Positions 24,197-33,956 of a stretch of DNA of 64,000 bases are shown one piece after another; the first letter of the stretch is position 1, and every line of letters begins with the position of its first letter. The stretch is from Corallochytrium limacisporum Hawaii (taxonomy: Eukaryota > Protista > Pluriformea). The notes below the pieces were generated by a model, which worked only from the letters and a program-made list of their open reading frames with translations, was not told the origin of the DNA and did not search any database. A program made the position numbers and the translations under genes. The stretch lies in assembly GCA_002811645.1 (NCBI GenBank), contig PDIP01000003.1:434001-498000 (forward strand). Direction: 5' to 3'.

Positions 24197-25405
24197 ATGA
24201 TGGCTCAACAAATAATGAATTACTACCATGATGGAATACCTGGAATGTCCAGCATGCATATTATGAACGGTATGAGTCCCTTCGATATGCAGTATCAAGT
24301 ATATGCACAGTACTTTCTGCCGCAGCAGGCTCCCAGCACGGAGACAAAGTTTAATGGGTTGGCAAAGATCTTCGTTGGCAACATTGGATCAACAGCATCA
24401 GAACAGGAGCTGCGTATGGCATGCACCCAATATGGTGAAGTTGGCGATATTTATATCAAGCACAGTTCAAGTAGGGCATGGGCTATCGTCCAGATGGACT
24501 ATACACGAAATGCACGGAATGCCATCGAAGACTTGAATGGTATTGTAATCGGAGGCCAGCCTGTCCTGGTGAGGCCGTGCGCCCACCGATACTCTTTATG
24601 GGTCGGCAATATTGGAACCGGGGTTTCAAACGAAATTCTATACCAAGCATTTTCTAAATTTGGCGACGTTGAGCGGGCAGTCGTGGCTAGCTCTGAGCGC
24701 GGAGAGCCGTTGGGATGGGGTTTCGTGTACTTTGCCAGGAAACCCGCGTATGATCGTGCCATTGAGGTCTGTAAGTCCAAGCCTTTCATGATCAATTCAC
24801 TTCCTATTCCGGTAAAGATTGAACCAGCTTTGCAACCCGAGACTTTGATGGGAGTACCCCACCACATCATGAAGACCGGAGTACACACCCTCCACCAGAA
24901 GCTCAAATACCCTGCTCACAGCGTCGATGACCTCACTGACCAAGGTCAGATTGAAATCGCTCTGGAATGGTTCGAGCTGCTCAAAGAAGAGGAAGAAGAG
25001 AAGGCAAAGCTCAAGGAGAAGTTTGGTAAAAAGAAGGATGCTCTCACCAAGAAGATGGAGGCCTACATGACATGCTACGTGCAGAGTGAAAATCTCTCCG
25101 AAGACAGGCTTCACAACCAGGCACCAATTCTCAAGCCCTCAAACTCTACATATCAGCCTCAAAAGAGGTCCATGAAGATGCCTTTCTCACAGCCTCAACC
25201 ACCATTCATTCCCCTGGACCGGATGGCCATGGTAGGGATGAATGGATACCCTCCGTACGGCGGCGAAAGTAGCGAGATGCCGCCCATTGACAGCACTGCC
25301 GGTTCATCTTCCATGACCGTTCCTGATAGCCCCATCGATGGTTCGCCTGAAAGGCAGGATCAGAGTGGCAGCGTAAGCATGCAGACTAACGACAGTGATT
25401 TCTAA
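24197..25405 (+). CDS. DBHS-family RNA-binding protein (NONO/SFPQ/PSPC1-like)
   Basis: RRM1, then RRM2 VSNEILYQAFSKFGDVERAVV..ERGEP.G.GFVYFARKP..PIPVKIEP, a NOPS-like segment and a charged coiled coil. Confidence 0.85.
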   Translation: MMAQQIMNYYHDGIPGMSSMHIMNGMSPFDMQYQVYAQYFLPQQAPSTETKFNGLAKIFVGNIGSTASEQELRMACTQYGEVGDIYIKHSSSRAWAIVQMDYTRNARNAIEDLNGIVIGGQPVLVRPCAHRYSLWVGNIGTGVSNEILYQAFSKFGDVERAVVASSERGEPLGWGFVYFARKPAYDRAIEVCKSKPFMINSLPIPVKIEPALQPETLMGVPHHIMKTGVHTLHQKLKYPAHSVDDLTDQGQIEIALEWFELLKEEEEEKAKLKEKFGKKKDALTKKMEAYMTCYVQSENLSEDRLHNQAPILKPSNSTYQPQKRSMKMPFSQPQPPFIPLDRMAMVGMNGYPPYGGESSEMPPIDSTAGSSSMTVPDSPIDGSPERQDQSGSVSMQTNDSDF

Positions 25406-25462
25406 AGTAGGTAGTGAGTAGAGAGTGAAAAAGAATACAGAGTTCCAAGATAGTGAAACTGA

Positions 25463-25717
25463 CCGCATCGTTTCTCTGCCAAATCAATATTGCGCACTTT
25501 TCTAGAGTTGATGGCTGCGATTGCTACAGTGAACAATCCAGTCGGCCAAGTGAGGGCGTCTGAGAGTCTGAAGTTGCTCACCAAACAGCATTCACTTATT
25601 GGCAAAAGTGTCATGGGTGTGATGGGAGAGCACCTGTATCATCAGTTCATGGACCGCACAAGTGTAGCATGGCAAAACTTGTCGATCTTTTGTTCCTTGA
25701 TGATGGAGGGTCCCTAG
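25463..25717 (+). pseudogene. C-terminal fragment resembling ARMH1 (C1orf228)
   Basis: LRTFLELMAA..GQVRASESL..VMGVMGEHLYHQF resembles remembered ARMH1 LRVVRGLMAA..SQRLASLTL..VRKCMGEELYQLF. In-frame stops lie immediately upstream. Confidence 0.5.
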
Positions 25718-26826
25718 CAAGGGACGGCATTCAAGTGACACCCTAGTCGGAGTTACAACATTCTCAAAGTGTTAACTTTCAGAAGTCCAGGAAATAGTCA
25801 TTAAAACTGATCAAGCCGACGAGGAGGCCAATTTTGTGGATCATGGACCCTCTGAAATTGACAACAATACTATGCGCCGCAAGCATCGTAGCCCCTGTTT
25901 GGGCTTCATGCAAGACGGAGATGACATCGCGGACTAGGAACTGACTGTTATGGCTAGAGTTCCCTTCAATGGCTTGTTGCAAGAGAAATAGGCTGTTCAT
26001 GTTTACAACATTCCCAATCAACATGGTATGCCTGCCAATCCAACTGAGGAACGTACGAACGCTGTAGGGACAGCACGAGGATGTCCCCAAAGCTGAGAGA
26101 AGCGACCACGCAAAGCCAAAGACCGTACCCTCCAACCGCCCAAAACCACTGGCAGCGTCAAAGGGCCGAATGTGATATTAAGATCAGTAAGCTAGAGGTG
26201 TGCAATGAACTGGACTTGGATTGCTGTGATTGACCGACGAGACCATCGCGAACAATATCATACAGGGCACTTCTACTAGGTCCAACATCCACTTTCGTTT
26301 CCCTCGCCCCCGTGAACACAGCCCAGGGAGCTGAGCGTTTTCCACCAATCAGCACTCACCATTCGCCCCAGTCGACAATTTCCATAGTGAAAGTATTAAT
26401 TCCGTGTGGAACCCTGTGTCCTTCACCCTCCCCCGTCTCCACTGCCTTTCCCCTCGTCTATCTGCCAAATCCGTTGCTGGGGGAGGCCCGCTCATAGCGA
26501 AAAGACGAAAGAAACTCTGTGGAGAACCCGGTAGAGCGCGTAGTGCTGCGCGGTCCCCTTCGATACGCAATCGTTAAACGGCAGGGTGATACGGCCCCAG
26601 GTGGAGTGGGTATCAACTCCTCAATTCTTATTCAATGAAACCTCGGACAACATTAAACGTCCATGGTGGCTGACGAGATGCTTGTTTGTTGTCGATGCTA
26701 AGGCTCTACAATTCGAAACTCTGTTAATAGTGGTACATAAAGACACTGGGATCACGTAACTATTCAACCGTTTGAGACCCGCACGTGCACCATAGAGATG
26801 GGTACGGGTTCTACAATCGCATCATA

Positions 26827-27918
26827 ATGGATAAGCTCGACGATCTTTTGGCAGACCTCGAAGCCACCGTGGACAAGAGCAGGGCTGCTCCCCCTAAGCC
26901 CGTCGAATCCAAGCTTCGGGAGTCTACTCCGGAGACCAAGGTCTCAAGTAAGGCAGGCAATCTCAATGACCTTGACGATCTGTTGAACAACTTGGAGAAC
27001 AAGAATCCGGCTGCAGCATCTTTTGCCTCTGAGCCTCATAAGAGCACAGAGCCGCTCAAGACTCCTGCTCCCCAGGCTGCTATTAGCGATCTGGACGACC
27101 TTTTGGGTGATATCAAGACGCCCGCCAATGCCAGTGTCACTCCCACAGGAGTGGAATCCGGTACACCTGCGCCTAAGCAGCAGAAAAAGACTGAACCTGT
27201 TGCAAAGGGAACCTGTGCAGCATGTCTTCAACCAATCACAGGTCCTAAATTGGACGCCGCTGAGCAAACCTACCACCAGAACTGCTTCAACTGTGTGACT
27301 TGCGGTAAGGGCTTGCTCAGCGAGGTCTTTTATGAGCATGAATATGAAATCTATTGTGAGGCTGACTACCAGGGATTATTCTGTCCCAAGTGTGCATACT
27401 GTGAAAAGCCGGTTATCGACAAGTGCATCAATGCCCTGGACCAGGTATGGCATGTCGAGCATTTCTTCTGTAGCCAGTGTGGTAACCCCTTTGGGGCAGA
27501 TGGGTTCATGGCATACGAGGGCAAGCCATACTGTCAGGAAGACTACAACCAGATCTTTGCTCCCAAGTGCAGCGGTTGCGACAAGGCTATCATGAAGGGC
27601 TGTGTGCAGGCTTTGGGTCTGCAGTGGCACCCGGAGTGCTTCGTCTGTGCCGACTGCCGCGAACCTTTTGGAGATGGTCGCTTCTTTGATCACGAGGGGA
27701 AGCCCTACTGTGAATATCATTGGTATGCCAAGACTGGTACTCTGTGCACCAACTGTGACAAGCCAGTCACTGGCAAGTGCATGACTGCCTTTGGCAAAAA
27801 GTACCACCCCGAGCACTTCGTTTGTACGTACTGTCAGAGTCCTCTGGAGAAGGGTACCTTCATGGAACATAAGGAAAAGCCATTCTGTCAGATGTGCTAC
27901 GTGAAGCTATTTGGCTGA
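26827..27918 (+). CDS. PXN: Paxillin-family protein (3 LD motifs + 4 LIM domains)
   Basis: LDDLLADL, LDDLLNNL and LDDLLGDI motifs plus four tandem LIM domains ending CYVKLFG. Confidence 0.92.
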   Translation: MDKLDDLLADLEATVDKSRAAPPKPVESKLRESTPETKVSSKAGNLNDLDDLLNNLENKNPAAASFASEPHKSTEPLKTPAPQAAISDLDDLLGDIKTPANASVTPTGVESGTPAPKQQKKTEPVAKGTCAACLQPITGPKLDAAEQTYHQNCFNCVTCGKGLLSEVFYEHEYEIYCEADYQGLFCPKCAYCEKPVIDKCINALDQVWHVEHFFCSQCGNPFGADGFMAYEGKPYCQEDYNQIFAPKCSGCDKAIMKGCVQALGLQWHPECFVCADCREPFGDGRFFDHEGKPYCEYHWYAKTGTLCTNCDKPVTGKCMTAFGKKYHPEHFVCTYCQSPLEKGTFMEHKEKPFCQMCYVKLFG

Positions 27919-28011
27919 TTTCTGCCCACTCTCATTCTACATAAATACAAACATAGTTACATTTACTGAACCGTCTATTGTACATTCTTTATTTTAGTTG
28001 TTTCGAGGATA

Positions 28012-28374
28012 TCATTTTCCGGCCAGAAGATTCTTCTCCTTTAGATCTGCCTCTTCGGCGATCAAGATAGCCTCACAGTCCTTAATCAAGCTCAGAGCTG
28101 TTCCCAGAGCTTGAATACTTTCTTCAAGTTTGCGACTGCAGTTGGCAATATTGCTCTCTTCTTTCTTTATGCCCCGAATCGGCTTCATAATCTGGTCTTC
28201 GATCTTGAGATTGCTTCGCATCCCTCTAATGCCCGTGCCAAGCCACTTGATATGTGTAATGCTTTCGGAGGCCAGAGTGCGCTGCAGAGGAGAACCAGTG
28301 TCTTTCTTAGGGTTTGCAATCATATTTCGTCTGTCAACAGCGGTTGCAGCGCGCTGTTTCACGTTCTCGAGCAT
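28012..28374 (-). CDS. Hypothetical coiled-coil protein
   Basis: 120-aa ORF with an amphipathic C-terminus. Its stop lies 93 bp from the paxillin stop, like the other convergent pairs. Start uncertain. Confidence 0.45.
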   Translation of the reverse strand: MLENVKQRAATAVDRRNMIANPKKDTGSPLQRTLASESITHIKWLGTGIRGMRSNLKIEDQIMKPIRGIKKEESNIANCSRKLEESIQALGTALSLIKDCEAILIAEEADLKEKNLLAGK

Positions 28375-29054
28375 AGAGAAGAATATGCGTCGTCTTGATG
28401 CACAATGTCCGCGCGTTCTCTTGGATAGGTGGGTCCCGGTTAGACTGGCAGTATATTTCTAGCTGTACGGGATGACTTTGATTTATGAAGCTAAATCACA
28501 ATTGCGAACCAAGCAAAGGCTCTCGTAGCAACACACACAAAATTCAAACCCTGATATGAATGTTGGTCGCCACACTTAGCCATCTCCTGTGAGCACCCGA
28601 TTCATGGACCCCTCCATTCTACGTGCAAATCCAAGACTTGAATCACAAATCAATATTTACAACATAGCTACACTATCTCAGCAACCAGTCGGTGAAAAGC
28701 CATTTTCCGAAAAACGCACTCCGCCAGAAGCGAGCGTCCGTACTGAATGTACCTGGTCTTTGAAGCCTTTTAGTTTTGGTTTCCCAGGTTCACAGTTTTG
28801 GGGGACACCCATCCGAACGGGGTTCTGCAGTGGAGCCAGTTTTGGCGCCGAGCCACATCGCAGCGAGTGCCGACCTTTTCGTTTTCCTTATGTGGGAGCC
28901 CTGGAGCCGCCAAGCGGGTTGACAGACCAGAGGAATTCTTCATTTCGATTCCCTGAGTTTGGTCTAGGTATATAGGGGCATTGTCTCGCTGAGCTATTAT
29001 ATCCAGAAAGATCACCAAATACGCCCTTATTGAAGTCTCTCTTTGTCCGCGAAG

Positions 29055-30362
29055 ATGGCAAGCGCAGAACCAGAGGGTTTCATTCGTGCTGCCGAACGGC
29101 AGCACGTCCAGGAACACTGGCGAGATCGAGAGACCATTACAATCATGATCAGTGCAGTTAGCCGGATGGCACAGTTTCTAACACAGTTTGAGCGCTCCTG
29201 TCAGTCTCGTCTTGCTCGTGTCGATGATACGATCACAATGCTGGAACGTAAACTCAGCTATATGGAGGCACGCCTGGATATTGATGCACCGCCCAGTACC
29301 GAGGTCGCAAGAGATGAAGAGCAACAAAATGCATATCCGCTCTTGAGCCTAAACAAATCAGAAGCAGCGCAGCCATCTAAAGACGAGGTGTCACAAGAGG
29401 TGCCCGTTGCCTCCTCGGCATCAGATGTTCCTGTGCCCGTGCAAGTCCGGGCTGGTAATGAACCAGACAGCGAGAGCAGCACCATCAGTTCCAGACGCCT
29501 GCCTGGTTTGATTTTGGCCGAAGATCTCGCGAAGAAGCGAGCCGAATTAGCTTCAGTAGAGGAAGAGGCCGGCGGATTCACAAAGATTCAGCCGTCCTTG
29601 ACACCGCAAGATCAGGTGGTAAACGAAATGCAATCTGTCTTGGCCAAGCGCCTACATCGGCCAGAAGCACCAGAACGGAATATAGAAGAAGAACGTAAAG
29701 CAGAAGAGGAAGCTAGGAAGCTGCAGGAGGAGAAAGAACCCCGTACTCAAGGCCTTGACGAAGAGCACAAACGAGTAAGCTCTGCGCGTCGTACCTTCCT
29801 TGGTATGGGAAGGAAGAGTGCGATTAAAAAGGAGACTGCACAGACGTCCACTAACCTGGTTGCTCCTACTGTCGACAGCGATGATGGTACTGCCATGGTG
29901 ACCTCCGTCGAAGAGGAACGAAAGCCGAAAGCCGGAAAGTACAAAGGTAAGGGCAAACAGACAGCAGCGGAGGTGCAGGCAAGGAAGCAGTCCGAGAAGG
30001 CAGAGTTTGAAGCAGTGATGATGGCAGCTGCGATGGCAGAGATGGAGAAGGACAAGAAGGCCGTCACTCCTCAGAGTGGTACTGAGAAGCTGCAGACGGA
30101 GAGCAAAGAGGTCCAGAAAGGTGCCTCAAAGGCAACTGTGAAAGAACTTGAGATCCCCGTGGACTACAACGTTCGCGCCAACACTGGGATTGACACCGAT
30201 GACGAGCCCCGTACTGAGGGAAAGACAAGGTCAGCAAAGATTAGTTCCGATCCGACAAGATCAGAAACTGAGGAAAACGTGAAGAAGACAGATGAAGAGT
30301 TGCATATGGATACAGAGGAATCTCCTCCAAGAACCTATTCTGCAGGAGGGTTCATGATGTAG
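29055..30362 (+). CDS. BRK1: BRK1/HSPC300-domain protein with long charged C-terminal extension
   Basis: VQEHWRDRE.I..I......FLTQFERSCQSRLA....ITMLERKLSYMEAR matches the BRICK1 signature; ~360 extra residues follow. Confidence 0.75.
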   Translation: MASAEPEGFIRAAERQHVQEHWRDRETITIMISAVSRMAQFLTQFERSCQSRLARVDDTITMLERKLSYMEARLDIDAPPSTEVARDEEQQNAYPLLSLNKSEAAQPSKDEVSQEVPVASSASDVPVPVQVRAGNEPDSESSTISSRRLPGLILAEDLAKKRAELASVEEEAGGFTKIQPSLTPQDQVVNEMQSVLAKRLHRPEAPERNIEEERKAEEEARKLQEEKEPRTQGLDEEHKRVSSARRTFLGMGRKSAIKKETAQTSTNLVAPTVDSDDGTAMVTSVEEERKPKAGKYKGKGKQTAAEVQARKQSEKAEFEAVMMAAAMAEMEKDKKAVTPQSGTEKLQTESKEVQKGASKATVKELEIPVDYNVRANTGIDTDDEPRTEGKTRSAKISSDPTRSETEENVKKTDEELHMDTEESPPRTYSAGGFMM

Positions 30363-30442
30363 CTCTTTCAGATTTTGATATGAATAGAATTGAAACACTT
30401 TTTTATGATCTTCTTTATTTGTTTGCGAGGCAGTTTATCATT

Positions 30443-32407
30443 TCAGCTGTTCCCTGTGATTTCCTTCCTAGATTCTTGGGGCTTTATGAATGGGTCCACG
30501 GAGGAGCCAGCCGCCGAGTGGACGAAAACTGGTACCCTTTCGCCGAGCTTTTCGGGCTTGCGCTCATCAAGCGCCATGAGCTCCTTGCGGTATGTGTAGT
30601 CCTTCTTATACGACCCATCTTCAATCAGGCTCACGAAAGCTTGTGTTACAGCATCAAATTCCAAAACTTCCATTTCCTCAGCACGGCGCGTCATGTCAAT
30701 GCCGCAACGATTACTGAGTTCATGACACAGCGCAGCAACTTCGTCTGTCTTCAACTTATCTTTGCGGACGAACTCAAATCCCATCTTTTCCTTGTGGCGA
30801 CTGAAGCCATTGGTCTCAACTGTGTCGCCGAATAAGGCTTTGATGCCATTACTGAGCTGCTTTCGCCTCTGGTTAAAGATGACGGTGGTGACAAATTCCA
30901 GGTCCGTGATATTGGATAATGCAAGGGGCTTTTCTCTAGGAGTCAGATTCACCATTAGTGCATCTACCTTAGGCGCAGGTACAAAGCACGTACTCTTAAT
31001 AACATGGCCTTGGCGTACTTCGCAAAGATTCTGGGTAAGAATTGATATGCGGCTGCGTTTCTTCGTTCCAGACTCCGCCAAGATCCGAAGACCAACTTCC
31101 TTTTGGAAGACCAAAGACATACCTCCAACAGGCCCGTATGCGAAGGGGCCTGCGTTGTAGTAAAGCATCTTCATGAGGCGGACAATGAGGGGACTGGCGA
31201 TATTAAACGGAAGGTTTCCAAAGAGCATCAAAGGTGCATTGCCCCAATTTTCATGTTCACTATCCCCAGAGACATGCACTTGTGTGCGGGCCATTGGCAG
31301 ATTGGATACATCAGTTACAGCGTCATATCCCTTTCCATCGCTTGCGAGAAACAGTTTCGATGCTCTAGGAGCATGCATGGGCATTGTCGGGGCTATCTCC
31401 CTCTTCAATCCCAGATCTTTGTAATCGTAAGCCAATATATCATCATGGATTACACGGAAGTCGACTCCGTCTTTTTTGTAAACCGAGGCAGCATCTGCCA
31501 AGATGTGTAGCGCAGGCATGAATCTCGAATCCTTCTCCACGACCCAGATATTTGCAGGCCGCTTTCTGATCAGCGCTCGGGTCAGATTGCCTGGTCCAGG
31601 GCCCACCTCAAGGATGTCAGCACCACGTAACCGATGTGCTGGCAAGACCACTTTCTCAGCAATCTTTGTCATCACCGACGGATCGATGATGAAGTTCTGA
31701 CTTAGATGCTTCACGGCACCAATCCCGTACACCCGCAAAATATCTCCAATTCGAGGCAGCCTTGGCAGATTGTCTTCAAGGTCAAAAGTGTTTCCCTGGC
31801 TCCTTAAAATGTTACCAGTGTTCAGAACGGCCTGAACTCCTCGATCAACAGCTTCCCTTACGACGGGTGAAATGTAGTGGGGGTCGACCAGCGACCGGTC
31901 CATAGGGTCTTGCTCCGCGAGGGCAGTTCTTCTGCGTCCACTCTTGTCACGACGACCAAATTTGTCCAAAGACCAATTCTGTACATCTGTTGTTCCTTTC
32001 ATTTCTGGATGGTACTCTTCATCAACAGCCTCTTCGGCTGAGTCCTGCCCTGTCCCGAGATGACCGTACAAGACGTCTTCTTCCGCCTGCAATTCACCAT
32101 CATTTCCCATTTCCTCCGGAATGGAGAAGTCTATTGTCTCCTGCTGCTCCGCAATTGTGCGAACATGTTGCAAGAGCTGAGGCGTCAAACCTGTACCTGG
32201 CCGTAATCCTTTGTTTCGCTCCTTGAACTTCAGAAGGTTTAGGTTCTCTGTCTGCTGTTGGTCAATTTCCTCCTGAATGCGAAGCCTAGATTCTATTTTC
32301 TTTCTAATGTCGCGCATTTTTGCAGAACTGACATAGTACCTCAAGCCAGACCAAGACGAAGGACGCCCCAGGCCCTGACTTCTCGCTATGCGAATTCTGA
32401 ACACCAT
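30443..32407 (-). CDS. TFB1M: Mitochondrial rRNA dimethyladenosine transferase (KsgA/TFB1M) with extended N-terminus
   Basis: LSQNFIID, EVGPGPGNLTR, VEKDSRF, GNLPFNIASPL, FQKEV, CFVPAPKVD; Arg-rich presequence. Confidence 0.9.
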   Translation of the reverse strand: MVFRIRIARSQGLGRPSSWSGLRYYVSSAKMRDIRKKIESRLRIQEEIDQQQTENLNLLKFKERNKGLRPGTGLTPQLLQHVRTIAEQQETIDFSIPEEMGNDGELQAEEDVLYGHLGTGQDSAEEAVDEEYHPEMKGTTDVQNWSLDKFGRRDKSGRRRTALAEQDPMDRSLVDPHYISPVVREAVDRGVQAVLNTGNILRSQGNTFDLEDNLPRLPRIGDILRVYGIGAVKHLSQNFIIDPSVMTKIAEKVVLPAHRLRGADILEVGPGPGNLTRALIRKRPANIWVVEKDSRFMPALHILADAASVYKKDGVDFRVIHDDILAYDYKDLGLKREIAPTMPMHAPRASKLFLASDGKGYDAVTDVSNLPMARTQVHVSGDSEHENWGNAPLMLFGNLPFNIASPLIVRLMKMLYYNAGPFAYGPVGGMSLVFQKEVGLRILAESGTKKRSRISILTQNLCEVRQGHVIKSTCFVPAPKVDALMVNLTPREKPLALSNITDLEFVTTVIFNQRRKQLSNGIKALFGDTVETNGFSRHKEKMGFEFVRKDKLKTDEVAALCHELSNRCGIDMTRRAEEMEVLEFDAVTQAFVSLIEDGSYKKDYTYRKELMALDERKPEKLGERVPVFVHSAAGSSVDPFIKPQESRKEITGNS

Positions 32408-33833
32408 TGTTCTATGCTATGCAACATGCTACATGGTCCCGTGCAGCCCAGGGCACAAATGGCTTCTCATAGAGTTCCTTACCCGATCTCATAGACCCGA
32501 TCTATACCACAAGGTCCACCTATTATGGCACCTCCTCTGGTGAGGCAAACTCTCTCGGAAGCCCGGATGCCCTTCTACCCGCATCTGCCACTGCGGGATC
32601 AAGCGCGCCACGCGAGCGAGGGGGCAAGCTGAGACTCACCTTTGGGAGACCCGCACCCGGCCTTTCACTCACCTCGGCACCCAGACCCGGTACTTTCGCT
32701 ACCGGAACCGGCCCAAATTTCCTGGCTTGGAGTACGGCACGAGGCTGACTGAGTATTGGTTTGGAGCGACAAGCTTAGCAAATCAGTATTGCCCAGTGTC
32801 GCACACCCCGGGACGACACCACCTTTGGAGCCCCCATTTTTCCTGCACACCACAACGTATGGCTGATGTAACTCTCGTCCTCTGAGTTCCTTCCTTTCTG
32901 CTCGTGGCCTTTCTCGCCCGCCCTTGGTATACGGAGTATGGGCCCGCCCCGCCCCGCCCCGGGGGTCGGGGCGGAAATGCTGAGGAGTTCCATTCTTCCC
33001 AGGGAGGGGAGGGAGTAGAAGCCCAAGTGCTCTTGGCCTTCTGGCGTGTCCGATGCCTATGAGGCGTAGAGAACATAGTGGCCCAATTCACATGTGTTTT
33101 TGTGGCTTGGGCCCCGTGATAGTTAGCCCCCCCCCACTGGGGTATGTGATTTATCCGCTCTGGAGTGTAGGACGCACCAGAGGAGAGCAAATAATGGCAC
33201 CAGCAGGAGGACCAGAAATGAAAAAGACGACAAGCTTATGAGTTCACCGCTATTGTGCCAACATCTCAGAGAAAGGAAATGTGCCAGGAAAGGAAGCAGA
33301 CGGTGAGCCGAAAGAGCCAAGGGGCATTGGAGCCGGGAGCTTGAGGTGGAGTTAAATGTGCGGTGCTAGAGACCAGGTGCGTGGCGCTTATGTGTGTAGA
33401 AGTGGCTCTTGGGTTTCTTCCCCGGGCGTGGGTCCACTAGCAGTGCACCGGGCAATGCGTGGGTGCAAACAGTGCAGAAAACGTATGGGTGGGAGGCAAA
33501 AGGTGAGTACCACCTTTGGGGAGAAGCTCAGCGAGCACACAAACCTTGCACTAGGGGTTTGGACGTTGTTGTAAAATTGTTGAAATGCCCGTTTGTCTAC
33601 GAGTTCAGTCGGTGCATGAAGACTACGTCATGCAACAACTTGGAACCATTACATTGATACAATAGAACTAAGAAACATTACCGCGTTGGTGTTATTTAAC
33701 AATGTTCTTTGCTGATCCATGTGTTGCAAAGAATCTATGTGGAGTAACAAATATTTTCCTCGCAGGGATATATTATCGGGAAAGTAGGAAAAAAGCAAGA
33801 GACTGCCAGCAAAAAGAATTCTTTGACAGATTC

Positions 33834-33956
33834 ATGTTGAGTGTTTCAAACAGATTCAAAGTGGCGAATTCACAAAATAGTTCATCATGGCGGACATCAT
33901 TAATATTGGAGGGGATGCCTCTGACCAGTTCTTCAGATACAAGATGCCTAAAGTGA
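33834..33956 (+). promoter_or_regulatory. Poor-context uORF overlapping the eIF5 start out of frame
   Basis: ttcATGt at 33834 reads 40 codons past the main atcATGg at 33887. Confidence 0.65.

Noticed and set aside
25407-25505. GTAGGT..CTGAC..TAG intron candidate right after the DBHS stop
   Set aside because: It lies after the stop and cannot fuse the ORFs. Similar GTAGGTAG strings occur in other 3'UTRs here.
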